IMG/VR virus record: IMGVR_UViG_2695420714_000022
Length of the DNA stretch: 15,467 bases
Direction: 5' to 3' (one strand)
Source: a virus
Taxonomy: Duplodnaviria; Heunggongvirae; Uroviricota; Caudoviricetes
Part shown: in pieces, positions 1-6,897 of the stretch
How the letters are laid out: the number at the start of each line of letters is the position of its first letter
Numbering within the stretch: position 1 is the stretch's first letter
The notes under the pieces: model-generated
Told to the model about the DNA's origin: nothing
Database searches by the model: none
What the model saw: only the letters and a program-made list of their open reading frames with translations
Translations under genes and position numbers: made by a program

Positions 1-221
1 ACCCGCAAACCACACTTCCCTTTAAAACGCGTAACATACATTGCCTGCGTTTAACTTTCTTTGAACTCTTGCAGAAAAATGAGAATTCGTGAGTACGATC
101 ACTCAAAATCGCCTGGCAAAAATAAAATCACCCTATAGATGCACAAAAAACGGGCAAAACTACCTGGTTCGCAAAACTGCGTCTAAAGTTAAACCGGGAC
201 CTCGCGAGCAAGGGTGAGACG

Positions 222-290
222 ATGGCGCTTTACACAATTGGTGAAGTGGCGTTGCTTTGTGATATTAACCCTGTCACGTTACGCGCGTGA
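222..290 (+). pseudogene. mlrA: 5' fragment of a MerR-family regulator gene, cut off after 22 codons; probable prophage integration target
   Basis: ATG at 222 with upstream GGGTGAG translates to MALYTIGEVALLCDINPVTLRA then TGA at 288-290. This is a canonical MerR N-terminal helix-turn-helix, and from memory it matches the start of E. coli MlrA (YehV). The listed ORF 214..399 is in a different frame and has no such similarity. Confidence 0.55.
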
Positions 291-307
291 CGCAACATTT
301 TTAAAAA

Positions 308-387
308 TCGACGAAGATCGTCCAGGAGCGCCGTTTTTCAAGGGTTGGATAGATGATTCGTTTACCATGTCGACGAACTTCGACGAA
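308..387. repeat. Three direct copies of TCGACGAA next to the putative junction; candidate arm-type recombinase/RDF binding sites
   Basis: TCGACGAA at 308-315, 370-377 and 380-387, the last two tandem with a 2-bp spacer, all within 100 bp of the apparent host/prophage breakpoint. Confidence 0.35.
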
Positions 388-413
388 TTTCGCCGATAAA
401 AAGTGTCCCATAC

Positions 414-433
414 ATGCCCCATTGATGCCCCAT
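414..433. repeat. Tandem direct repeat ATGCCCCAT x2; candidate protein-binding site in the att arm
   Basis: ATGCCCCAT at 414-422 and 425-433, separated by TG. Confidence 0.3.
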
Positions 434-448
434 AAACAATATCAGGAA

Positions 449-477
449 TTGACACTGGTTATCCATACAGATAAAAA
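449..477 (+). promoter_or_regulatory. Candidate sigma70 promoter of the DinI-family gene
   Basis: Perfect TTGACA at 449-454; A/T-rich -10-like TAAAAA at 472-477 after a 17-bp spacer. The -10 is a weak match. Confidence 0.4.
455..470. promoter_or_regulatory. Weaker LexA-like box (CTG-N10-CAG) inside the promoter spacer
   Basis: CTGGTTATCCATACAG matches the LexA consensus CTGTATATATATACAG at about 12 of 16 positions; the left half-site is CTGG rather than CTGT. Confidence 0.35.
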
Positions 478-483
478 TAACAC

Positions 484-499
484 CTGTACATAACTACAG
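484..499. promoter_or_regulatory. LexA (SOS) box
   Basis: CTGTACATAACTACAG has the CTGT-N8-ACAG architecture, about 13 of 16 matches to consensus, sits downstream of the candidate -10 and 5 bp upstream of the AGGAGG RBS (504-509). Confidence 0.7.
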
Positions 500-514
500 T
501 TACAGGAGGGTGTT

Positions 515-763
515 ATGCGTGTTGAGATCTGTATCGCTAAAGAAAAAATCACTAAAATGCCAAACGGTGCTGTGGATGCGTTAAAGGAAGAATTAACCCG
601 ACGCATCAGTAAACGTTATGACGATGTAGAGGTGATCGTAAAAGCCACCAGCAACGATGGCCTTTCTGTTACGCGCACCGCCGATAAAGATTCAGCTAAA
701 ACTTTTGTTCAGGAGACTCTGAAAGATACCTGGAAGTCTGCTGACGAGTGGTTTTTTCACTAA
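515..763 (+). CDS. DinI-family DNA-damage-inducible protein (RecA modulator)
   Basis: 82 aa. MRVEICIAK...GAVDAL..ELTRRI...LSV...[15 protein letters not shown] is colinear with E. coli DinI as I remember it (MRIEV.IAK..GAIDAL..ELSRRI..LSV..QETWESADDWF). Strong AGGAGG RBS and a LexA box upstream. Confidence 0.85.
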   Translation: MRVEICIAKEKITKMPNGAVDALKEELTRRISKRYDDVEVIVKATSNDGLSVTRTADKDSAKTFVQETLKDTWKSADEWFFH

Positions 764-1035
764 TTAACACGTAAAATCGGTAACGGCTGGAAATCATTCA
801 ATACTCGCACTATCGAAAGTTCGCCAGCCAGCCGTGGCACGTTCTTGCATACGATGTGCTACGGTTTCATTCATCTCCGACCGGAAACTTCTTATACAAA
901 GTCGATACGCCAACATCATAGATGATCACCACCTTCTGGCGAGAAACTCCTGATGCAATTTGTCGTCCGGCCTGTGCCTATTGCTCCGGCGTGAGAGTAA
1001 TACAGTAAACTGTAGAAAAAGCCCATTAAACCTAA

Positions 1036-1041
1036 TATAAT
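1036..1041 (+). promoter_or_regulatory. Candidate -10 hexamer (TATAAT) for the acyltransferase moron
   Basis: Exact TATAAT about 40 bp upstream of the ATG at 1080; no good -35, and a palindrome (1001-1014) overlaps the -35 region. Confidence 0.3.
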
Positions 1042-1079
1042 AATAAGTTACAGAATTATCTTTACTGAATAATAGATAT

Positions 1080-1625
1080 ATGAATATTAGTGAACTTAAA
1101 AAGTGTATACACTATGAAGTAATAGGTTGTAAACGCCCTTTCTCCTGGCGAAAAGCAATTGTTCGCGCAATAAAACACAGAAGATCACGTTATTTATTTT
1201 GGTGGCGCATAGCAAAATATCTTTTTGATAAAGGCGGATACCGGCGAAAGATTGCAGGAAAAATAGAACGCTTCATTCTTGACAAATACAATGTAACCGT
1301 TCCCTTAACTGTAAATATTGGTAAAGGGTTCGACATATCTTATCTCAATGGCGTTGTTATCGGTCACAAAGTTACAATAGGTGAAAATTGTTCAATTAAG
1401 CCTGGGGTAACTATTGGACTTCGCGGTGAATTTAATGATATGGATATTGTCATAGGAAATAATGTAACCATTGGCTGTAACGCCACCATCCTTGGTGGCA
1501 AAGTGCATATAGGGAATAATGTAAAAATAGGAGCTCATGCATTGGTACTGCATGACATTCCTGATGACTCCACATTCATTACCAAATTTCACTCTGAAAT
1601 TATTTATAATTCATCTCACACATAA
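1080..1625 (+). CDS. Hexapeptide-repeat (left-handed beta-helix) acyltransferase; polysaccharide O-acetyltransferase-like
   Basis: 181 aa. Basic N-terminal segment with a WW motif (RRSRYLFWWRIAKYLF), followed by tandem hexapeptide repeats (VVIGHKVTIGENCSIKPGVTIG ... IVIGNNVTIGCNATILGGKVHIGNNVKIGAHALV). Architecture resembles WcaF/NodL/maltose-type acetyltransferases. The gene is AT-rich by eye compared with the flanking phage genes and has no obvious SD. Confidence 0.75.
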   Translation: MNISELKKCIHYEVIGCKRPFSWRKAIVRAIKHRRSRYLFWWRIAKYLFDKGGYRRKIAGKIERFILDKYNVTVPLTVNIGKGFDISYLNGVVIGHKVTIGENCSIKPGVTIGLRGEFNDMDIVIGNNVTIGCNATILGGKVHIGNNVKIGAHALVLHDIPDDSTFITKFHSEIIYNSSHT

Positions 1626-1635
1626 TTCCGTTTAA

Positions 1636-2208
1636 TCACAGCTCAGGCCATACGATATCCGGGGCTGTATTTATATCAATCCGACTCACTAATACCCGGT
1701 ATTTTTTCCAGGAAGATAGCATCGAAACCTCCTCATCAGTTGCCATTTCAAAATTAACAGCATCCTGCAGAATTGTTATGTTATCAGTCGCTTCCTGGAT
1801 TAATCTTGTCTTTTTCTCTTCCGCCTCCCGGATCCGGAAGAGTTTTTCTGCTTCCGTATCCTTCACCCAGGCTGTGCCGTTCCACTTCTGAAACTCCCCT
1901 TCCGGCGATAACCAGGTAACATTTTCCGGTAACGGACCGAGTTCCGAAATAAATAACGCGTCGCCGGAAGCCACGTCATAGACGGTTTTTCCCCGATGGT
2001 CTTCAACGAGATGCCACGATGCCTCATCACTGTTGAAAACAGCCACGAAGCCAGCCGGAATATCTGGCGGTGCAATATCGGTACTGTTTGCTGGCAGACC
2101 TGTATGAGGCGGAATATATGCGTCACCTTCACCAATAAATTCATTAGTTCCGGCCAGCAGATTATAAATTTTTATGGTCCGTGGTTGTTCAGTCATTCTA
2201 AAATCCAT
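1636..2208 (-). CDS. tfa: Tail fibre assembly protein (Tfa chaperone)
   Basis: [48 protein letters not shown]... matches lambda Tfa from memory. ATG at 2208 is preceded by GAGGTG; the ORF track starts two codons earlier at a GTG (2214). Confidence 0.9.
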   Translation of the reverse strand: MDFRMTEQPRTIKIYNLLAGTNEFIGEGDAYIPPHTGLPANSTDIAPPDIPAGFVAVFNSDEASWHLVEDHRGKTVYDVASGDALFISELGPLPENVTWLSPEGEFQKWNGTAWVKDTEAEKLFRIREAEEKKTRLIQEATDNITILQDAVNFEMATDEEVSMLSSWKKYRVLVSRIDINTAPDIVWPEL

Positions 2209-2216
2209 GTTCACCT

Positions 2217-3107
2217 CTACTTAATATCAGAGACAGAATATTGTTTATTGAGCGTATGGGTGGGAGCACCAATAACGATGCTACTTCCGTGGCTATGTGC
2301 GCCAGAGGTGAGATTGCCTACGGGATTTTCTGGATTAAACCGGTGTGTATGCGAATCAGGGCGAGAGCGATTATTAGTCAGCACGTCATCAGCCTGATGC
2401 ACATGGCTAATACAGAACTGCCCGGAACGTGAGCAATACGTCCGATAATCGCCGCATCCAATATATTTAGTATCCGCATAACGGCAAACAGAATTACCCG
2501 GACAGTATGCATATGTGCCAAATACTGCCGACTGGCGGGATTGTGCGTATTCCCAGTTAATTGATTCTGTTTTTTTATTAAAGTTATCCCATGCCTGCTT
2601 CATCTGCCGGGCAACACTTTCAAACGGCACCTGACCACATCCGGCTCCCATTGCAGGGAATACCACAGTTTTTATTTTCCTGTCTGTCGTTGCGTGTTTA
2701 TTGTGCTGAAAGATGGCAAGCAGAGCGGCCCAGGTTGCGTTATATACAGCGTCTGTTCCGTCAATTGTCAGCGGAACACGCATTGTTGGCGCATGTACCA
2801 GCCAGGGGTGATGATTATGCCCCGTTTCAATTACAAATGCAGAACCTACAGGCTGTTCGCCTAAATATTCACGAAGAATATGATTCTGAACGCGGGACTG
2901 TAACTGAGTACCGAAGAATGCGGTAATGGCGGCATCAACGCCGCCATCCATCAGGCCGAAACTATTTGCCGCACTTACCATGCAGTCAAATTCTCTGATT
3001 GTTTCAAATGGCTTTCCGACAATATTCACATTATCTGCGTTTGCAAATACCCGCTTAAATGCTTCCGCCATTTCTGTTACTGGTGCAGAAAGAATGAGCG
3101 TAATCAT
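2217..3107 (-). CDS. Macro-domain (ADP-ribose binding/hydrolase-like) protein with Cys/His-rich C-terminal tail, inserted between stf and tfa
   Basis: 296 aa. Start ATG overlaps the stf stop (ATGA) and is preceded by GAGG; stop TAG at 2217-2219 lies 9 bp upstream of the tfa ATG. The N-terminal ~200 aa carry the MacroD-type signature N-x6-GG-V-D ([17 protein letters not shown]) and a second Gly-rich loop ([14 protein letters not shown]). The C-terminal ~100 aa have five Cys and HxH motifs (SHTH, AHSH). Confidence 0.75.
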   Translation of the reverse strand: MITLILSAPVTEMAEAFKRVFANADNVNIVGKPFETIREFDCMVSAANSFGLMDGGVDAAITAFFGTQLQSRVQNHILREYLGEQPVGSAFVIETGHNHHPWLVHAPTMRVPLTIDGTDAVYNATWAALLAIFQHNKHATTDRKIKTVVFPAMGAGCGQVPFESVARQMKQAWDNFNKKTESINWEYAQSRQSAVFGTYAYCPGNSVCRYADTKYIGCGDYRTYCSRSGQFCISHVHQADDVLTNNRSRPDSHTHRFNPENPVGNLTSGAHSHGSSIVIGAPTHTLNKQYSVSDIK

Positions 3108-6079
3108 GCAAGCCTCACAATATAGTTAAATGCGATGTTTTTGACGGTGTTTTCCGCGTTACCAGCAGCGTTAACGGTGATGGTGTGTCCATGTGAACCA
3201 ATCGCAACAGAGTGCGTATGAGCGCCAATACCAACTGTATGTGCATGCGCCCCTGCACTTGCAGCAGTGCCTGATACTGAGTGGGTGTGTGCACCAGAAG
3301 AAGGCACTGTTCCATTCCCCACGATCGTGCCACTTGATGAACCATCAAGCCAGTCGAAATTCATACCGCCACTGTTTGGTCTCCTTAATGGAACGGTATG
3401 AGTATGTGCGCCAGCACTATTTGCAGTACCAGATACATTGTGGGTATGTGCACCAGTGTTATTCGTGGATTTAGTGCCGTAATCAAAAGATGATGTGGTT
3501 TTCGTCCCCAAATCCGTACTGGATGCGCTGGCGCTGTGGGTGTGCGATTTAATGCCGTCCTGTTCCTGAGACAATACGGCCCGGCCACTGGCGGGTTTGC
3601 CCTTGATTGTCCAGCCGCGCATATCTGGAATAACACCTGAAGGATAGGCAATAGCCAGTTTCGGATATGCTGCCTTATCAAACGTCTGCCCCTGCATGAT
3701 TGCATAACCTGCAGGTGGTGTATCTGATGGCCACGGCAGCGGAACACCTGGCGGAAACGCTTCAATATTTGCCGAGCCGTCAAATTTTACGCCGTTAATT
3801 GTCCTTGCAGTTTGCAATTTGGTTGCTGTGCTTGCATTACCCGATAAAGATCCAGTGATACCACCACTCGCGTTTAATTTAGTTGCAATTGTAACATTGC
3901 CAGTATGGTTACTAATTATAAACGGCCTTAAGCTATTGTGCGTACCAAGACTGTTACCCGAATCTGTCAACATAAAATATGTGTTTGATCCATCATTTCG
4001 GATAAAGAATCCATAGTTGCCATAGGCAATACGCAGACCATTTGCTGACCTTGAAATAACCTCACCAGCAGCAGTTAAACCACCTGAAAGAGTCCCTCCA
4101 GTTAATGCCAATGCCCCAATATTTGAAGGGGTCAATGTGATATTTGCACTACCATCAAATGACACACCGTTAATCGTTCTGGCTGCCTGAAGTTTCGTGG
4201 CGGTCGCAGCATTACCTGTAGTGTTTTGATTACCGGTAGCGTTGACTCCAGGCAAGTTGATATCTGCCGATCCATCAAATGCCACGCCCCCAATCTTACG
4301 TGCTGTCTTGATCTTGGTCGCAGTATCTGCGTTTCCGGTCAAATTACCAGTAACACTACCACCAACTTTTAGTCCATTACCGATGGACACCAACCCTGAT
4401 CTTAAGTTTATAGAGAATGGTCTTAATGAACCGATGTCTCCATTTTCCCCCTCCCCTTCATTAGTCGGAATAAGATGAAGATGATCTTCGGAACGCCTAA
4501 AAATAAGGCCAAAGGCTTGGTTGAATATTCGAAGAGCATTTATCGTGCTGATTTTTAACTGCCCTCCCATTGTGTCGCCAGTTTTTTGAACTGAACTATC
4601 TTTAACAGTTTTAACTGCCTTTGGCGTTGCCGCCAGCTTTTCACTGGTGCTGTTTGTTGCACTGCTGAGCTGTACTATCCCCTTTTTCGTCGTGCTCGCA
4701 TCCTCCAGCGCCACGGCGGATGCAATATCCTCTGCCCGTTTTGCTGCTGTCTCGGCGCGCGTTGCCGCGGATTCAGCAGCAACTTTGCTCTGAGATGCAG
4801 CCGTCGCACTGCCTGCTGCCTCTGATGCTTTCGTTGTTGCTGTCGTGGCACTACCTTTCGCTGCTGACGCTTGTCTGGTCGCCTCATCTTTTGAAGCAGA
4901 CGCAGATGATGCCGATGACGCCGCTGAACTGGCTGACGATGCGGCTGCCGCCTTAGAGGAAGCAGCATTGTCTGCTGAAGTCTTTGCATTTGTTTCAGAG
5001 GTTTTTGCTGCAGAAGCAGACCTCGCTGCTGCAGTGGCTTGCTCAGTGGCTTTGCCAGCCTTCGTTGTGGCTGTTGAAGCGGATGATGCGGCGCTTTCTG
5101 CCGATTTTCCGGCGGCGGTGGCACTGGCTGAGGCCTGCCCGGCACTTGTTGACGCGGCACTGGCAGATAATGCAGCCGCTGTTTTTGAACCTGCCGCAGC
5201 TGAGGCGCTCTGTCCCGCTGCTGTTTCAGAAGACTTAGCGTTCGTCTCGGACGTTTTTGCCGCCTTCGCGGAATTTCCTGCCGCCGTTGCCGAGGAAGCT
5301 GCACTACTGGCACTTGATGATGCATTCGTTTCTGAAGATTTCGCTGCCTCTTTTGAGGCCGCCGCACCCCGTGCCGAGGTGGCAGCTTCTGACGCCTTCG
5401 TGGTCGCTGTGGATGCAGAAGTGGCTGCCGATTTTTGTGATGCTGCGGCATTCGTTTCTGACGTTTTCGCGGCACTGGCGCTGGTAGCTGCCGCGCTTTT
5501 TGATGACTCTGCAGCAGCAGCACTTTTTGCTGCTTCACGGGCCTTTGTCGATGCCGTTCCTGCGCTGGAAGACGCTGACTGAGCCGACGACGCGGCCTGT
5601 CCGGCTGACGTGCTGGCGGCACGTGCTGAGGCTGCAGCATCGGTTGCATGAGTTGCCGCCTCGCTGGCTGATGCACTGGCATCGCTGGCTGATTTTTTCG
5701 CGGCTGCCGTATTCTGTGCAACCGCGGAGGCGTTACGTGACACCTCTTCCACCATCTGCTCAAAGCGGCGCAGTGCCTCCGGTCGGACATCATCCTCCGT
5801 CATGGCACCGAGAAAATCATTCAGCGTACCTGGTCTGGAACCTTCATAGACGGTAATGGTCCCGGCATGTGAAGGCGGAAAACCTTCAACCAGCAGGGTG
5901 ACGCTGTACTGGCCATGCTCAACATCCATGCTGTAACGTCCGGCTTCATCCGGATTTTCAGAGGCCACCGTGTTCACCACCACCGTGCTGCTGGTTCGTC
6001 TGGCCTTCAGCACAATGGTGCAGTTCTGTACTGGTTTTCCTGTGCCATCTTTAAGCACGCCAGAAATTTTTACTGTCAT
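3104..6079 (-). CDS. stf: Side tail fibre protein (Stf), mosaic
   Basis: 991 aa. N-terminus [22 protein letters not shown]... and C-terminus ...[40 protein letters not shown] match lambda Stf from memory. Contains a long Ala/Ser-rich low-complexity segment and a central module with three ~30-aa tail-fibre repeats. Confidence 0.9.
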   Translation of the reverse strand: MTVKISGVLKDGTGKPVQNCTIVLKARRTSSTVVVNTVASENPDEAGRYSMDVEHGQYSVTLLVEGFPPSHAGTITVYEGSRPGTLNDFLGAMTEDDVRPEALRRFEQMVEEVSRNASAVAQNTAAAKKSASDASASASEAATHATDAAASARAASTSAGQAASSAQSASSSAGTASTKAREAAKSAAAAESSKSAAATSASAAKTSETNAAASQKSAATSASTATTKASEAATSARGAAASKEAAKSSETNASSSASSAASSATAAGNSAKAAKTSETNAKSSETAAGQSASAAAGSKTAAALSASAASTSAGQASASATAAGKSAESAASSASTATTKAGKATEQATAAARSASAAKTSETNAKTSADNAASSKAAAASSASSAASSASSASASKDEATRQASAAKGSATTATTKASEAAGSATAASQSKVAAESAATRAETAAKRAEDIASAVALEDASTTKKGIVQLSSATNSTSEKLAATPKAVKTVKDSSVQKTGDTMGGQLKISTINALRIFNQAFGLIFRRSEDHLHLIPTNEGEGENGDIGSLRPFSINLRSGLVSIGNGLKVGGSVTGNLTGNADTATKIKTARKIGGVAFDGSADINLPGVNATGNQNTTGNAATATKLQAARTINGVSFDGSANITLTPSNIGALALTGGTLSGGLTAAGEVISRSANGLRIAYGNYGFFIRNDGSNTYFMLTDSGNSLGTHNSLRPFIISNHTGNVTIATKLNASGGITGSLSGNASTATKLQTARTINGVKFDGSANIEAFPPGVPLPWPSDTPPAGYAIMQGQTFDKAAYPKLAIAYPSGVIPDMRGWTIKGKPASGRAVLSQEQDGIKSHTHSASASSTDLGTKTTSSFDYGTKSTNNTGAHTHNVSGTANSAGAHTHTVPLRRPNSGGMNFDWLDGSSSGTIVGNGTVPSSGAHTHSVSGTAASAGAHAHTVGIGAHTHSVAIGSHGHTITVNAAGNAENTVKNIAFNYIVRLA
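3779..4345 (-). repeat. Three in-frame coding repeats (~90 bp each) inside stf
   Basis: Protein repeats [29 protein letters not shown] / [29 protein letters not shown] / [29 protein letters not shown]; the corresponding DNA repeats are visible near 4255-4345, 4138-4216 and 3779-3850. Confidence 0.7.
4760..5720 (-). repeat. Ala/Ser/Thr-rich low-complexity coding region of stf (approximate bounds)
   Basis: Roughly 320 aa dominated by A, S, T and K with recurring AAKTSETNA / SASSAASSA units. The GC-rich repetitive DNA generates long spurious ORFs in other frames on both strands. Confidence 0.8.
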
Positions 6080-6092
6080 ACTTTTCCACCAA

Positions 6093-6125
6093 TAAAAAAA
6101 GCCCGCAGCAGTGACGCCACGGGCT
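6093..6125 (-). terminator. Candidate rho-independent terminator after lom
   Basis: Stem AGCCCG (6100-6105) / CGGGCT (6120-6125) with a 14-nt loop; on the minus strand it is followed by a run of seven T (complement of 6093-6099). Confidence 0.45.
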
Positions 6126-6230
6126 TCAGGACAGTGTAACTTTACGTTTCCTCAAACGCAGTTCACCCCATAAGGTGGATGAACCTGCGTATCATAACAA
6201 TATTTACAGAAGATAAATCGGCGTCTGTTG

Positions 6231-6830
6231 TCAGAAACGGTATCCGATACCAACAATAAATGCATCCGTTCGCCAGTCGCCACTACCGGAACCTTCATAA
6301 GCAAGGTCAATGGCCACGGATTCTGTCGGGTTAAACTGCACGCCAGCCCCCCACGCCAGAGACGTGTTGCTGTGGCGACCGTCATCACTTCCGGTCAGCA
6401 CGTCGTGCGTTTTCCCCTTGTTGTCAGTTACGCGGAGATAATCCCCGGAGAAAGTCGACACACGGCTGTAAGCCATACCCGCCATCACATACGCGCTGAA
6501 CCATTCATTCACGCGCACAGACGGCCCCGCCATCACGCTGAACCAGCGGTTACGCACGGAATCTTCATGCCAGCGGGTATCGCTGTAGTGCGTTTTTTGC
6601 TCATCCTCAGCATTGGCATAACTGAAGGACGTAATCAGCCCCAGCGCGTCCGTAAACTCATAACGGTATTTCACGTTAATCCCGTTCAGATTATCGCTGC
6701 CGGGAGCGTTCGTACGGGCATGAAGATACCCCGCGCTCAGTGTGGACTGATATTCAGACGCCCATGCAGGCGCACCGGATACGGACAGACAGATGGCTGC
6801 GGACAAAATGGCTGCACAAACTTTACGCAT
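6231..6830 (-). CDS. lom: Ail/Lom-family outer membrane beta-barrel protein
   Basis: 199 aa. Signal peptide MRKVCAAILSAAICLSVSGAPAWA and C-terminal ...GIGYRF; near-identical to lambda Lom from memory. GAGG RBS 7 nt upstream. Confidence 0.9.
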   Translation of the reverse strand: MRKVCAAILSAAICLSVSGAPAWASEYQSTLSAGYLHARTNAPGSDNLNGINVKYRYEFTDALGLITSFSYANAEDEQKTHYSDTRWHEDSVRNRWFSVMAGPSVRVNEWFSAYVMAGMAYSRVSTFSGDYLRVTDNKGKTHDVLTGSDDGRHSNTSLAWGAGVQFNPTESVAIDLAYEGSGSGDWRTDAFIVGIGYRF

Positions 6831-6851
6831 AATTACCTCTCGCTTTTCTGC

Positions 6852-6878
6852 AATAAAAAAGGCGCCATTTCTGGCGCC
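6852..6878 (-). terminator. Candidate rho-independent terminator between J and lom
   Basis: Stem GGCGCCA (6861-6867) / TGGCGCC (6872-6878) with 4-nt loop; on the minus strand followed by TTTTTTATTG. Confidence 0.55.
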
Positions 6879-6897
6879 CGTATATGGGTTATAAAAT

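Noticed and set aside
214-399. 61-aa ORF from the six-frame track
   Set aside because: Its translation has no recognisable fold. The adjacent frame starting at 222 gives a clean MerR HTH fragment, and the rest of the ORF spans the putative att arm repeats, so it is most likely non-coding junction DNA.
646-653. Chi-like octamer (complement of GCTGGTGG) inside the DinI-family gene
   Set aside because: A single occurrence of an 8-mer in this much sequence is expected by chance; no functional inference warranted.
1863-2432. Small ORFs overlapping tfa and the macro-domain gene (1863..2144 minus, 1996..2397 plus, 2241..2432 plus)
   Set aside because: Alternative frames inside better-supported genes, with no start signals and no motifs.
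3779-5720. Possible CRISPR array or noncoding tandem repeat in the repetitive part of the stf region
   Set aside because: The repeats are in-frame coding repeats of the tail fibre (imperfect, variable, no spacer-repeat periodicity) and there are no cas genes.
4675-5793. 372-aa Arg/Pro/Gln-rich ORF (minus strand) and the overlapping 245-aa Ala-rich ORF 4845..5582 (plus strand)
   Set aside because: Both lie entirely within the GC-rich, repetitive Ala/Ser-coding part of stf. Extreme composition and lack of start context mark them as alternative-frame artefacts.
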